64,000 nt of DNA from an uncultured Planctomycetota bacterium (lineage in GTDB: Bacteria; Planctomycetota; Planctomycetia; Isosphaerales; Isosphaeraceae). Under the pieces are notes generated by a model. That model was not told the DNA's origin. It saw only the letters and a list, made by a program, of their open reading frames with translations, and searched no databases. Positions 54,902 through 64,000 of this stretch are shown here, piece after piece. Every line of letters begins with the position of its first letter. Within the stretch, counting starts at the first letter, position 1. Both the position numbers and the translations under genes were made by a program. The DNA lies in NCBI GenBank assembly GCA_963845755.1, contig CAWJTV010000036.1:64001-128000 (forward strand), read 5' to 3'.

Positions 54902-55011
54902 GCAGCGGCTCTGGGTTCCGTCGGGAGGGTGACACTCCGTCCGGGACAGCCTCGCTACCGGGGCTCGGACGGAGCCTTGCCCTCGCGGAGACCGCAGCCT
55001 TGTCGGGCAAG

Positions 55012-57144
55012 CTATGAAACGCCGCCGAACCTCACGAAGATCTCCTCAATCTCCTCAGCCGTGAGTAGCGTCCCCGATTGGGGCGAATCGACGATGGTGA
55101 ACCCGTGGGCGCGGCCGTCGTACCAGGGGTCGGCGTTGTCGTAGCCGGCGCGGAGGGGTTTGGGCACGCCGGTGGCCGGGTCGGTGACGCGGTCGTCGTC
55201 ACCGTAGACCTGCCGGCGACGGTCCGATTCGGCCCGGTCGAGGAGGGCCGCCAGGCCGCGGAGCGAGGCTCCGCTGTCGGGCGATACCGAGAGGATGCAA
55301 CGACGGGGGTCGCGCGGCGACTCGGAGATGAACACCGAGAGGCCCAGGAATCCCTCGCCGCCCGGCGATCGCTCCCGATCGCTCCGGGCCCAGTCCTTGA
55401 AGAACATGCAGCGCTCGGGATCATCCAGGTTCTGGACGTCGCGGACCAGGAGTGCGTCCAACTCCACGCGTCCGCCAAATTGCCCCGGGAAGCTCAGCCG
55501 CGCTTGATGCGCGTGGGACGACGGGTCGGCCAGCTTGCGGCGATAGCGGTTGACGTCGGCCAGGACGTCTTGCCGGTCCTGTTCGTCGAACAGGCCGGGG
55601 CAGGCGAAGGCGTCGATCGACGGCAAGGCCCGCCCATCGTGCCGACTCCGTTCCAGGATGAACGCGACCAGATCCAGCCCTTGCTGGACACACTCTCTCC
55701 AGTACGCGTGATCGGCCGGCCGGCCCAGGCGTCCGTGGCGATTGAGCAACTGCATGTAAGCCGCGTAAGGCGCGAACGGGTTGCTCAAGGAGTGGCCGAT
55801 CGAGCCCTCGTCGATCTTGTCGGCATAACGGGCCAGGGCCTCGGTGCCCAGGGGGAATTCGCCGGTCGTGAGGACGGTGACCGCCAGATAGGCCGAGGCG
55901 ACCGAATCGAAGTCGGGCGACTCGTGAAGCACGATGGTGAACGGTGCGGTCGGGTCGAGCTGGGGTTGCACCGCGCCCAGTACAAGCTCGGGGTTCGAGC
56001 TGACGAGCTGGGTCGTCGAGCCTTCGTAGGCTTCCAGGTGATGGTGGTCGAGCACGCCGGGCCGGAGGTCGTTGCCGACGTCCAGGAACAACCGGCCCGG
56101 GGCCGGCCCCCCCTTCGGCGCCGAGGAGCCGGGGCCGACAAAAACGAAGCGGATCGCATCGCGGCGGACGAGCGGCAAGGTCGTGGGCATGGTGGTGACC
56201 TTTCTCCGGCGCGGCGGACCGGACGGCGCGGCTCCCGGCCGACCCTCCAGGTAGGCATCGAGGTCCGCGGCGAATTCGGCCATGCCCGCGTACCGGTCTT
56301 CGGGCTCGCGGGCGCACGCCCTGAGAGTGATGGCTCGCAGGGCCGGGTCGACCTCGAGCGGAGCGGGCGAGGACGAATCGAGAATGGGGGTGTCTTCGTC
56401 GGGATCGGCCGGGGCGGTTGGACCGGGGGTCGCCGTCGGTGTCCCGCGTTTGAGCAGGTTGACGAGCACACAACCGAGAGCGTAGATGTCGCACTTCGGA
56501 CCGATCTTTTCCGGGTCGCCGAAGAGCTGTTCGGGCGCCATGTAACGAACGGTGCCGGGCCGGACGTTGGTCGAGCTCAGTCGCGTCGCCTCATCGTCCA
56601 GCCGGAGCGCCAGTCCGAAGTCGATGACGACCGGGGTACCGTCGGGCGTGATGACGATGTTCGAGGGCTTCAGGTCGCGATGCACCACGTTCTCGCCGTG
56701 GGCCGCCGCCATGGCGATGGCCACGTCCCGGACGATGGCCGCGCTCTGCCAGGCATTGAGGTTCGTGACTTCCGACAGCGGCGTCCCCGGGACATACCGC
56801 ATCACCAGGTAGTGTGTGCTGGCGACCTGGCCGAGATCGATCACCCAGGCCAGCCCGGGGTGAACCAGCCGCGCGGCATAGCGGGCCTCGCGGCGGAATC
56901 GCTCCATGAGCCGAGGCTTGGCGAGGAAGTCTCGGCGGGGGATCTTCACAGCGACGTGGATCTCCAGCTTGAGGTCTCGGGCGAGAAAGACCATTCCCAT
57001 GCCGCCCCCGCCCAGATACTCCAGAAGCCGATACCGGCCGAACTCCTGAGGAAAAGGGCCCTTCGGATTCGGCATGAGGTCGGACCCGCTGGAGGATCCC
57101 GGATCGCCGATATCCCGCTCAGGGTCGGTGGTCGGGTCCGACAT
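55012..57144 (-). CDS. Ser/Thr kinase fused to a DHH-like phosphoesterase domain (start uncertain; ORF open to 57267)
   Basis: LGGGGMG, HRDLKPSN, DFG, YMAPEQ; then FLDVG, VLDHHH, HESPDFD, DKIDEG, PWYDGR. Confidence 0.8.
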   Translation of the reverse strand: MSDPTTDPERDIGDPGSSSGSDLMPNPKGPFPQEFGRYRLLEYLGGGGMGMVFLARDLKLEIHVAVKIPRRDFLAKPRLMERFRREARYAARLVHPGLAWVIDLGQVASTHYLVMRYVPGTPLSEVTNLNAWQSAAIVRDVAIAMAAAHGENVVHRDLKPSNIVITPDGTPVVIDFGLALRLDDEATRLSSTNVRPGTVRYMAPEQLFGDPEKIGPKCDIYALGCVLVNLLKRGTPTATPGPTAPADPDEDTPILDSSSPAPLEVDPALRAITLRACAREPEDRYAGMAEFAADLDAYLEGRPGAAPSGPPRRRKVTTMPTTLPLVRRDAIRFVFVGPGSSAPKGGPAPGRLFLDVGNDLRPGVLDHHHLEAYEGSTTQLVSSNPELVLGAVQPQLDPTAPFTIVLHESPDFDSVASAYLAVTVLTTGEFPLGTEALARYADKIDEGSIGHSLSNPFAPYAAYMQLLNRHGRLGRPADHAYWRECVQQGLDLVAFILERSRHDGRALPSIDAFACPGLFDEQDRQDVLADVNRYRRKLADPSSHAHQARLSFPGQFGGRVELDALLVRDVQNLDDPERCMFFKDWARSDRERSPGGEGFLGLSVFISESPRDPRRCILSVSPDSGASLRGLAALLDRAESDRRRQVYGDDDRVTDPATGVPKPLRAGYDNADPWYDGRAHGFTIVDSPQSGTLLTAEEIEEIFVRFGGVS

Positions 57145-57309
57145 CACTGGCGAGGAAACCGAGGTCGGTTCATCCGGATTGGCCGACGGGCCGATAGGGC
57201 TCGATGATGGAGGTTCCGGCGTTGGCAAGGTGGGCTCGAGACCGTCCACGGAAGGCCCTCCAAACAAGCCGATGAAGTCCTCAGGAGACGCGTGCCGGAC
57301 GAAGATCGC

Positions 57310-57395
57310 AATAATCTATGAAAAATTGTTAGATTCGCTCAATAATTGATATTGTTTATATATAATTATAATAATATATTTGCATTTTATTGACG
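57310..57395. promoter_or_regulatory. Very AT-rich tract upstream of the kinase-DHH gene
   Basis: AATAATTGATATTGTTTATATATAATTATAATAATATATTTGCATTTTATTG in otherwise high-GC DNA. Confidence 0.4.
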
Positions 57396-57627
57396 CCAAT
57401 GCAACTAGTGTACGATTGCTCCACCTGTTATTCCACCTGTTATCAGGAGCACGGCTCTCGATCGATTCACGCCCGGATCGTGCCCGCGCCACACGAGCAA
57501 AGTGGTGTGCGCCACTCATTCGTGAAGCGATCTGGCCCGACAGACATTTTATGAGGAATCCCTCCCGGTCTCAACCGTCAGGGAACGCGGGTCGCTCCAG
57601 ACCACAGGCCGAGCACGGCCGTCGGTG

Positions 57628-59515
57628 TCAGGAGGTCTCGCCCACCACGTCCCAGACCGGTTGTTCGCCGAGTTCTTCCAGGCCCTTGGGCAAGATGGTG
57701 CGAGGCGAGTCGTCGCGGTATCGGAACCGGCCTCGCACTTCGTCGTGCGTCCGCCGGCTGATGCAGGGGATACCCGGCTGGGCCTCGCTCTCCAGGCGAG
57801 CTCCCAGATTGACGGTCGTCCCGATCGCGGTGTAATCCATCAGATCGTAGGTGCCGACGTTCCCCAGCACGGCGTCGCCCGTGCTGATGCCGATCCGGAT
57901 GGCGAAGGGACGCAGGCCGAGGATCGTGCGCGGCTCGTTGAAGTCCGCCATCTCCCGGCAGAGATCCAGGCCGGCCGAGACGGCGCACGCGCTGCGTGAT
58001 GATGTCCGCGGAACATCGCCATGAAGCCGTCGCCGCGGAAGACGCTCACCAGGGCGTCGTGCCGGCGGAGCGTGGCGACCATGTCGGACATCATTTGATT
58101 GAGGGTCATCATGACCACCTCGGGCGGATTGTCGAGGGCATAGGACGTCGAGCCCTTGAGGTCGAGGAACAGCACCGTGAGCGGCTCGGTCGTCCCGGCG
58201 ATGAGCGAGTCGGTCTCCTCCGGCATGCCGCGGCCCCGGACACGGCGGAAGATCCGGGCGGAATACGCGTCGCCATTGACGACCTTCAGCTCCTCGCCGA
58301 TCTGCCGGACCAGATGGGCGCGGCGGCAGGATTCGGCCAGGTCCAGGGCCGAGAGGTACTCACGCGTGGTCAGCGGCCGTGGCTCGCCGGAGGCACGGGA
58401 CAGCCGCGCGATCTCCCACTGCGTCAGGGCCTGCTCGGCCTGTTCTCGCGTCCGGGTGAAATGGTCGAGTGCGGCACGGAGCTTCTGCTTGGCCTCGTCG
58501 TACCGGCCCTGCTGACGGCGGATCATCCCCCAGGATCGGTTGACGTGGGCCAGCCCTTCCGCGAACTCGACCCGACGAAAGAGGTCCTCGGCCTGCTGGG
58601 CCACGGCCTCGGCGGCCTCGACTTGATCGGTCGCCAGGTGGAGCAGGGCGCGATCCTTGCGGGCATAGCCTTCGCTGACGGCCCAACGCCCGGTCGAGGC
58701 GCGAATGCTCGCGTCGAGCCAGCCGGTCGCATCCTCCCAATGCCCGCGCGCTTCGCTCGCTCGGGCGGCCGCGGCGGCGCGGTTGCCACGCTCCAGCGCG
58801 ATCCGCCCGAGACTGTTCTGCATCAGCGCCTCGCCCCATCCGTCGCGCGTGTTCTGCGCGATGGCCAGGTCTTCCAGGAAGCACTTCTCGGCTTGATCCA
58901 GATATCCCCAGTCGAGATGAAGCCGGCCGAGGTTGCCGTAGCTGACCGCCAGGCCGGCCTGATCATCCCATGCCTTCTTGCGCCGATCGCTTGCCGGAAG
59001 AACTCCTCGGCGGCGTGAAAGTTGTCCCGGGCGGCGTAGACCATGCCGAACGTGTCGAGGATCCGCCCGGTGCCGTAATGGTCCCCGCCCAGCAGCCGGA
59101 GCGACTCGCGCAATTCGCGCAGGGCGCCGTCCAGGTCGCTCTTGTGGAACGCGTTGGCCCCGCGAATGTGGGCCACGGCGGCCCGAAGCAGGGTGCTCTC
59201 CGGCTCCGGATCGACCGAATCGAGCAACCGCTCGGCCTCTTCGAACTGCCGCTGACGCATCGCGAGGAACGCCTGGATAAATCGTCTCCATCTCTGGGCC
59301 GCGGGACTCTCGTCGGCATCTTGCAGCAGCGTCTGCGCCGCGTCGTACGCGCCGCGTTCGGCGGCCATCCAGCCGGCGAAGAACGCCAGATCATTCCTGC
59401 GCCCGGCGTCGGACGTCGCGGCGATTTCTTCCCTCAGCTTCTGCAAGCCCATCTCCCAGCCGTACTGGCGGAGCAGGGACAGGACTTTGTCGCCGGTCTC
59501 CGGTTGATTGATCAT
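57628..59515 (-). CDS. TPR-repeat class III nucleotide cyclase (indels near 58985 and 57985)
   Basis: ATG 8 bp after the upstream stop; TPR helices (GLAVSYGNLGRL); VLFLDLKGST, FRGDG, RIGISTG, YTAIGTTVNLGARLES. Confidence 0.88.
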
Positions 59516-59523
59516 GAGTGCTT

Positions 59524-62070
59524 CTACCCTCGTGCGTCCTGTCGACGCACCAGATCCAGCAGCTCCGTGCCTTTCATACGATGGGCGGCGTCGTGGGGGC
59601 AGGCGTAGACGCAGCTCGGCTCCGCGTTCGGGCCGAGGCTGGTACACAGGTCGCAGGTCGTGGCCTTGCGCACGTCGGCCTTCCTCGACTTGTCGTACTG
59701 CTCGACCATGTTGATGTTGCCATAAGGGCAATTCTCGGCACAGAGCCCGCAGCCGATACACCAATCCTCGATGACGATCTCACCTCCCGATCCGGGCGAC
59801 GATCGTCGCCGGATCGATCCTACCGGACAGCCGACCATGCAATACGGATCGAGGCACGAGCGGCACGAGCTGGCCACGAGGAACTGGTCGAACCGCAGTC
59901 CTTCGCGGATCAGGCGGGTCACGCCCTGGTGCGTGTCGGCGCAGGCCTTGGTGCATTCGTCGCAGCGGGTGCATTTCACCAGGTCGAGGACCAGCAGGCT
60001 CTGGGCCTCCATCAATCCCTGGTCCAGGAACGACGCGAGCGGCGTCTCGCGAACTTGTTGCAGGTCGCGCAGGTTGGCCTCGATGCGCTGGCGGGCCTCG
60101 GCGATCACCGCGTCGCGGACGGCGGGCGCCTGGTCGAGGATGGCGCGGAAGTCCGCCGGGCTGATTCGCACCAGGTCCACGTGATCGAGCGCCGTGCAGG
60201 TCGCAACCCGGACGCCGGCCGGGTTCAGCTCGCGCAGCTCGGGCAGGTCGGAGACCACGCCGATCTCGCCGATGTAGCCGCCCGGCCCCACGTAGTTCAG
60301 GACGCGCTCGCCACCGGTCCGTGCCTGCGAGACCTTGACGAACCCGGTCCGCACCAGGTAGAGCCCGTCGGCCGCGGGCGCCCCCTGGCGGAAGATCACC
60401 TGGCCCGGCTCGCAGCGTTGTAGCGAGATTCGCGGCCGCAGATCGTCGACGATCCGTTGAAACCGGGGCTCGTCGTCGCGCAACGGCGCGAACAAGGGGA
60501 TGCTTCGCAGGTGGTTGTCGATGGCGCGCGCCCGGTACTTCGCCTCGAGATCGCGGCGAAACGACGGGCTGCGCTGCATGATGTAGAGCACGTTGCGGAG
60601 CATCTCCAGCACCGTGCAATCCTCCGCCGCGCGGACGGTCGCCGAGTGGGGGTAATGACTCATGCAGGTCATCTCGCCGAAGATGTCGCCTTCGCGCAGC
60701 GTCGCCTGGGGCCGTGCGTAGGGCAAGGCAACCGGGGCGTTGACCGGGATGAACTCGCGCCGCCGATCGTCGGGGCGCGTGGTCATCCGGGTGGTGAATC
60801 GGCCCAGGACGCCCCAGAGGCCGCGCTGGGGCTGATTCTCGACGTGATCGGTCGGGGTGCGGATGTAGATCTCGACCGAGCCCTTCTCGACGAAGAAGGC
60901 CGTCGAGCCATACTCGCCCTCCCGGCAGATGATCTCGCCCTTTCGGAACTCGCGCCGTTTGATCGCCCGGATGTTCCACTGCAGGAACGGGCGCGACACT
61001 CCGCGGAACGCCTCGCGGATCTCCGGGTTCTCGTGCTGGATCAAGCGGTCGACATCGACCGCCCCGCCGCCGGGGAGCTGGGTCTCGACGACTCCGCGGT
61101 GCATCAAGGCGCCGGTGGGGCAGTCGTCGGAGCACTCGCCGCACGCCACGCAGGACGATCCGCCCATCGGGGAGTCGAGGTCGAAGGCGATCCGCGCCTG
61201 ATAGCCTTTGCCCATCCGGCCGATGACGTGGTTCTCCTTGATCACGTCGCAGCCCCGCACGCAGCGGTCGCAGAGGATGCAGGCGTTGTGATCGACGGCG
61301 ATGACCAGGGATGAGTCGTCGCGACGGAGGTCGGCCGCCCGCCCCTCGAACCGGTCCCCGGCCACCCCGAACCGCCGGGCCAGGGCCTCCAGCTCGCAGT
61401 CGCCGGCGCGCTGACGTTCCTTGACGCACGGGGTCGGATGATCGGACATCAGCAGCGACAGCAACGTCGTCACGGCGGACTCGACCCGATGCCGGGCGCC
61501 CGCGTCGGGCGACGCGATGGTGTCGACGATCATCCCGTCCTCGACGCGATGCTGGCACGCGGGGAGGAGCTTGTCGTCGACCTCGACCTTCCCCGTCCGC
61601 CGTCGGAACCGGGCCAGTTGGACGACGCAAACCCGACACACCGCCACCGGGTCCATGTAAGCCGTGTGGCAGAGTATCGGGATCGGGTTATTCGCCTCGC
61701 CGGCCATCCGCTTGAGCGGGCCCACGGAGGGCGAACGGCCGCCCGCTCGCGGGCCGAGATCGGTCCCGTTGCCCTCGACTTTCTCGTAGCGGCGGCCGAC
61801 GGCGTCGTAGATCGTGGTCGGTCGGGGGATGATCTGACCGTCCCCATCATACCTGGGGTCGCCTTGCTCGTCCGTGGCCACCACGGCCTTCTTGACCACG
61901 ACCTCCTCGCCGTCGATTGTGAGCGTGACCTCCTTATCGAGTTCCTCGCGCGTGGCGGCGTCATAGCGGATCAACCGCCCATCGAGATCGCGAACGAATA
62001 GTCCTTCATCCGACCATTCCCATTCGTCGCGATCCTCATTCGGAAGTTCGGCCCGCGGTTCTATGCTCAT
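59524..62070 (-). CDS. Fe-S protein: NuoG/FdsA/HoxU-like N-terminal module + two cNMP-binding domains + 4x[4Fe-4S] ferredoxin
   Basis: LCH...CRVC...PAC; CILCDRCVRGC; CVACGECSDDCP; GEIICREG...FGEM...SATVRA; GQVIFRQG...IGEI...RVATCTA; CTRCDECTKAC, CRSCLDPYCMVGCP, CIGCGLCAENCP, CDLC...CVYACP. Confidence 0.9.
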   Translation of the reverse strand: MSIEPRAELPNEDRDEWEWSDEGLFVRDLDGRLIRYDAATREELDKEVTLTIDGEEVVVKKAVVATDEQGDPRYDGDGQIIPRPTTIYDAVGRRYEKVEGNGTDLGPRAGGRSPSVGPLKRMAGEANNPIPILCHTAYMDPVAVCRVCVVQLARFRRRTGKVEVDDKLLPACQHRVEDGMIVDTIASPDAGARHRVESAVTTLLSLLMSDHPTPCVKERQRAGDCELEALARRFGVAGDRFEGRAADLRRDDSSLVIAVDHNACILCDRCVRGCDVIKENHVIGRMGKGYQARIAFDLDSPMGGSSCVACGECSDDCPTGALMHRGVVETQLPGGGAVDVDRLIQHENPEIREAFRGVSRPFLQWNIRAIKRREFRKGEIICREGEYGSTAFFVEKGSVEIYIRTPTDHVENQPQRGLWGVLGRFTTRMTTRPDDRRREFIPVNAPVALPYARPQATLREGDIFGEMTCMSHYPHSATVRAAEDCTVLEMLRNVLYIMQRSPSFRRDLEAKYRARAIDNHLRSIPLFAPLRDDEPRFQRIVDDLRPRISLQRCEPGQVIFRQGAPAADGLYLVRTGFVKVSQARTGGERVLNYVGPGGYIGEIGVVSDLPELRELNPAGVRVATCTALDHVDLVRISPADFRAILDQAPAVRDAVIAEARQRIEANLRDLQQVRETPLASFLDQGLMEAQSLLVLDLVKCTRCDECTKACADTHQGVTRLIREGLRFDQFLVASSCRSCLDPYCMVGCPVGSIRRRSSPGSGGEIVIEDWCIGCGLCAENCPYGNINMVEQYDKSRKADVRKATTCDLCTSLGPNAEPSCVYACPHDAAHRMKGTELLDLVRRQDARG

Positions 62071-62111
62071 GGATCGGGTCCTGATCGGCCGGGCTTCTGC
62101 GTACCAACTGG

Positions 62112-64000
62112 TCAGGCTTTCCAGCCTGAAGCGTGCGGGGAGTCGGGCTGGAAAGCTTGACCTACGTGAGATTCGTGCTGGTTCCAGTCATGCTCGAACA
62201 GTGAGGCCATGGGCTTGGATGCGGAGGTGCCCAGGCCGCAGATCGAGGTTTGCTCCAGGGTCTCCTGGAGGATGCGCACCAGATCGAACAGCGCAGCACG
62301 CTCCGAGGGGTCGGACGGTCCCTGCGCGAGCCGCTCCCCGATGCGGACGAGCTTCTGGGTGCCGATCCGGCAGGGGACGCACTTGCCGCACGATTCGTTG
62401 CGGAAGAACGTCGTGGCATTGAGCGCAAGGCCGAGCATCTGGACGGCCGGATCGAGCCCCGGGGACCTGGCGACGACCAAGAGCCCGGCCCCGAGCATCA
62501 GGCCCAGCTCATCGAACTCGGCCTTGTCCAGCGGCAGTTCCAGCAGGCTCAGCTCGTTGCGCCCGGCCGGGAAGCTCCTCCGCTGCTTCGCGGGCAGGTC
62601 CGCGGGAGTCAGATTCGCCGGCAGGAATCCGCCCGACGGACCCGAGGGTGCCAGTGCCAGCAGCGGTAGTCCCTTCCGCATGCCCCCGGCCATCGCGACC
62701 AGCTCGCCGACGGTCGTGCCGACGGGCACCTCGTAGACGCCGGGCCTCGCCACGTCGCCGCAGATCGAGAAGAACCGCAGGCCCTTGCCGCGTGGCCATC
62801 GTTCCGGTTTGTCATCGGGCCTTCGACGAGAGACGTACCAGGGGCTGTTCGCCATGCCACTGTCTCGATACCACGCCCCGCCCTTGAGCGCAATCGACGG
62901 GACCCAGGCGAAGGTCTCGACATTGTTCAGCAAGGTCGGCCGGTTGAACAGGCCGTTGGCCTCGATCACCGGCGGCCGGTTGCGCGGCTCGGCCCGATGC
63001 TCCTCGATCGCCTCGATCAGTGCCGACTGCTCGCCGCAGATGTACCCGCCAGGGCTCTCGAAGACCTCCAGCTCGAAGGGCTGGCCGGTCCCCAGCACGT
63101 CCGGCCCGACGACGTCCAGGGCCCGGGCTCGGCGGATCTCCGCCTCGACGGCGCGGATCTGCTCGAAATACTCGTGCCGGATGTAGACGTATCCCCGACG
63201 CGCCCCCACGACCAGCGCGCCCAGGACCATCCCCTCGACCACGAGATGAGGGGCCCGGAGCAGGATCTCGCGGTCCTTGAATGTGGACGGCTCGCTCTCG
63301 TCGCCGTTGCAGATGACGTAGGTCGCATCGGCGCGCTCGGACTCGTCACGGACCTCGCCCCACTTGCTGAATGCGGGGCGACCCGCGCCGCCCATACCGC
63401 GCAGGTCGGACGTCTTCAGGGCGTCGACGAGCGCCTGGCCGACCGCCTTTCGAGCCGCGGGATCCCCGGCCTGCTCGATCGCCGCGGCGAACGCGCGCGC
63501 CGCGGCGTACGGCTCCGGCGGCCGTGCGGCGGGCAGTTCCTCCGCTGGGGAGCCGGCCGGTTCGCCCGGCGTCTCGGCGTGATAGGGGTCGATGCGCCAG
63601 CCCCGCGGCGCGCGATCGACCGGGTCCGGCGGTACCTCGCGGCCGTCGAGGTGCGCCCGGATCAGCTCCCGCATGCGCGCGGTGCGGTCGTCGATCGCGG
63701 TGCGGTCGAGGAACCGCAACTGGTCATGTTGCCCTTTCCGATGCAGCTCGATCAAGACGGCCGGCGCCCCATCGCAGCGGCCCAGGCAGGAGACCCCCTC
63801 GACCTTCACCCGCGACTCGCCGCCGAACTCGCCTGCGACCACCTGGAGACCCAGCAGGCACTCGGCCGCGCCCCGCAGATGGCAGGCCTGGTCCCGGCAC
63901 ACGTGCACCTCGACATCCGGCGGCGGCTCCAGCCGAAAATGCGGGAAGAAGCTGATGACCTCGTGCAGTTGGTGTGGTGGCACGCCGAGACGGTCCGAGA
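62112..64000 (-). CDS. NuoE-NuoF-like fused NAD(P)H:FMN oxidoreductase (start beyond window)
   Basis: CRDQAC...CLGRC [2Fe-2S]; LRGMGGAG, CNGDESEP, YICGEQSAL, ESCGKCVPCRIG...ICGLG. Confidence 0.9.
   Translation of the reverse strand, partial: SDRLGVPPHQLHEVISFFPHFRLEPPPDVEVHVCRDQACHLRGAAECLLGLQVVAGEFGGESRVKVEGVSCLGRCDGAPAVLIELHRKGQHDQLRFLDRTAIDDRTARMRELIRAHLDGREVPPDPVDRAPRGWRIDPYHAETPGEPAGSPAEELPAARPPEPYAAARAFAAAIEQAGDPAARKAVGQALVDALKTSDLRGMGGAGRPAFSKWGEVRDESERADATYVICNGDESEPSTFKDREILLRAPHLVVEGMVLGALVVGARRGYVYIRHEYFEQIRAVEAEIRRARALDVVGPDVLGTGQPFELEVFESPGGYICGEQSALIEAIEEHRAEPRNRPPVIEANGLFNRPTLLNNVETFAWVPSIALKGGAWYRDSGMANSPWYVSRRRPDDKPERWPRGKGLRFFSICGDVARPGVYEVPVGTTVGELVAMAGGMRKGLPLLALAPSGPSGGFLPANLTPADLPAKQRRSFPAGRNELSLLELPLDKAEFDELGLMLGAGLLVVARSPGLDPAVQMLGLALNATTFFRNESCGKCVPCRIGTQKLVRIGERLAQGPSDPSERAALFDLVRILQETLEQTSICGLGTSASKPMASLFEHDWNQHESHVGQAFQPDSPHASGWKA

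Noticed and set aside
57628..62070. Pycsar anti-phage system
   Set aside because: A cyclase plus cNMP receptor fits loosely, but the receptor carries Fe-S domains rather than TIR/TM effectors and the cyclase has TPRs. Kept only as an analogy.
59524..64000. Respiratory complex I, formate dehydrogenase or hydrogenase operon
   Set aside because: No other nuo subunits and no Mo-bisPGD, NiFe or H-cluster domain in the window; genes beyond 64000 are unseen.

Overview
High-GC bacterial DNA, most likely Planctomycetota (Isosphaeraceae-like). This is inferred from LEPRxxLS N-terminal export motifs, many Ser/Thr kinase-WD40/TPR genes and heptamer/nonamer palindromic repeats. Single-base indels break about 20 genes, probably long-read assembly errors, so I rejoined genes by hand across frames. 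The window has three layers. (1) A dispersed redox/signalling system: a NuoE-NuoF-like flavoprotein; a [2Fe-2S]/[4Fe-4S]-cNMP-cNMP-4x[4Fe-4S] fusion; two class III nucleotide cyclases lacking the adenine-specifying Lys; a bis-His di-heme cytochrome b-like membrane protein; three multiheme c cytochromes (23 CxxCH plus 2 Cx4CH in total, one fused to LVIVD repeats); a putative outer-membrane beta-barrel; and a secreted tandem GlcG/HbpS heme-binding protein. Together these suggest a cyclic-nucleotide-gated trans-envelope electron conduit (inference). (2) Five Ser/Thr kinases. Three in tandem have an N-terminal HEPN-like RN-x3/4-H domain and WD40 arrays, and one is fused to a circularly permuted DHH-like phosphoesterase. 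(3) An accessory region at 5.8-19.7 kb: a ~9 kb island bounded by a duplicated 75-bp 3' end of the barrel gene (integrase remnant with a MITE, IS1182, glycosylation cassette, a 330-bp non-coding repeat), followed by a cluster of decaying toxin-antitoxin and R-M genes. I recognised no rRNA, tRNA or CRISPR array. Family names come from motif recognition, not database searches.
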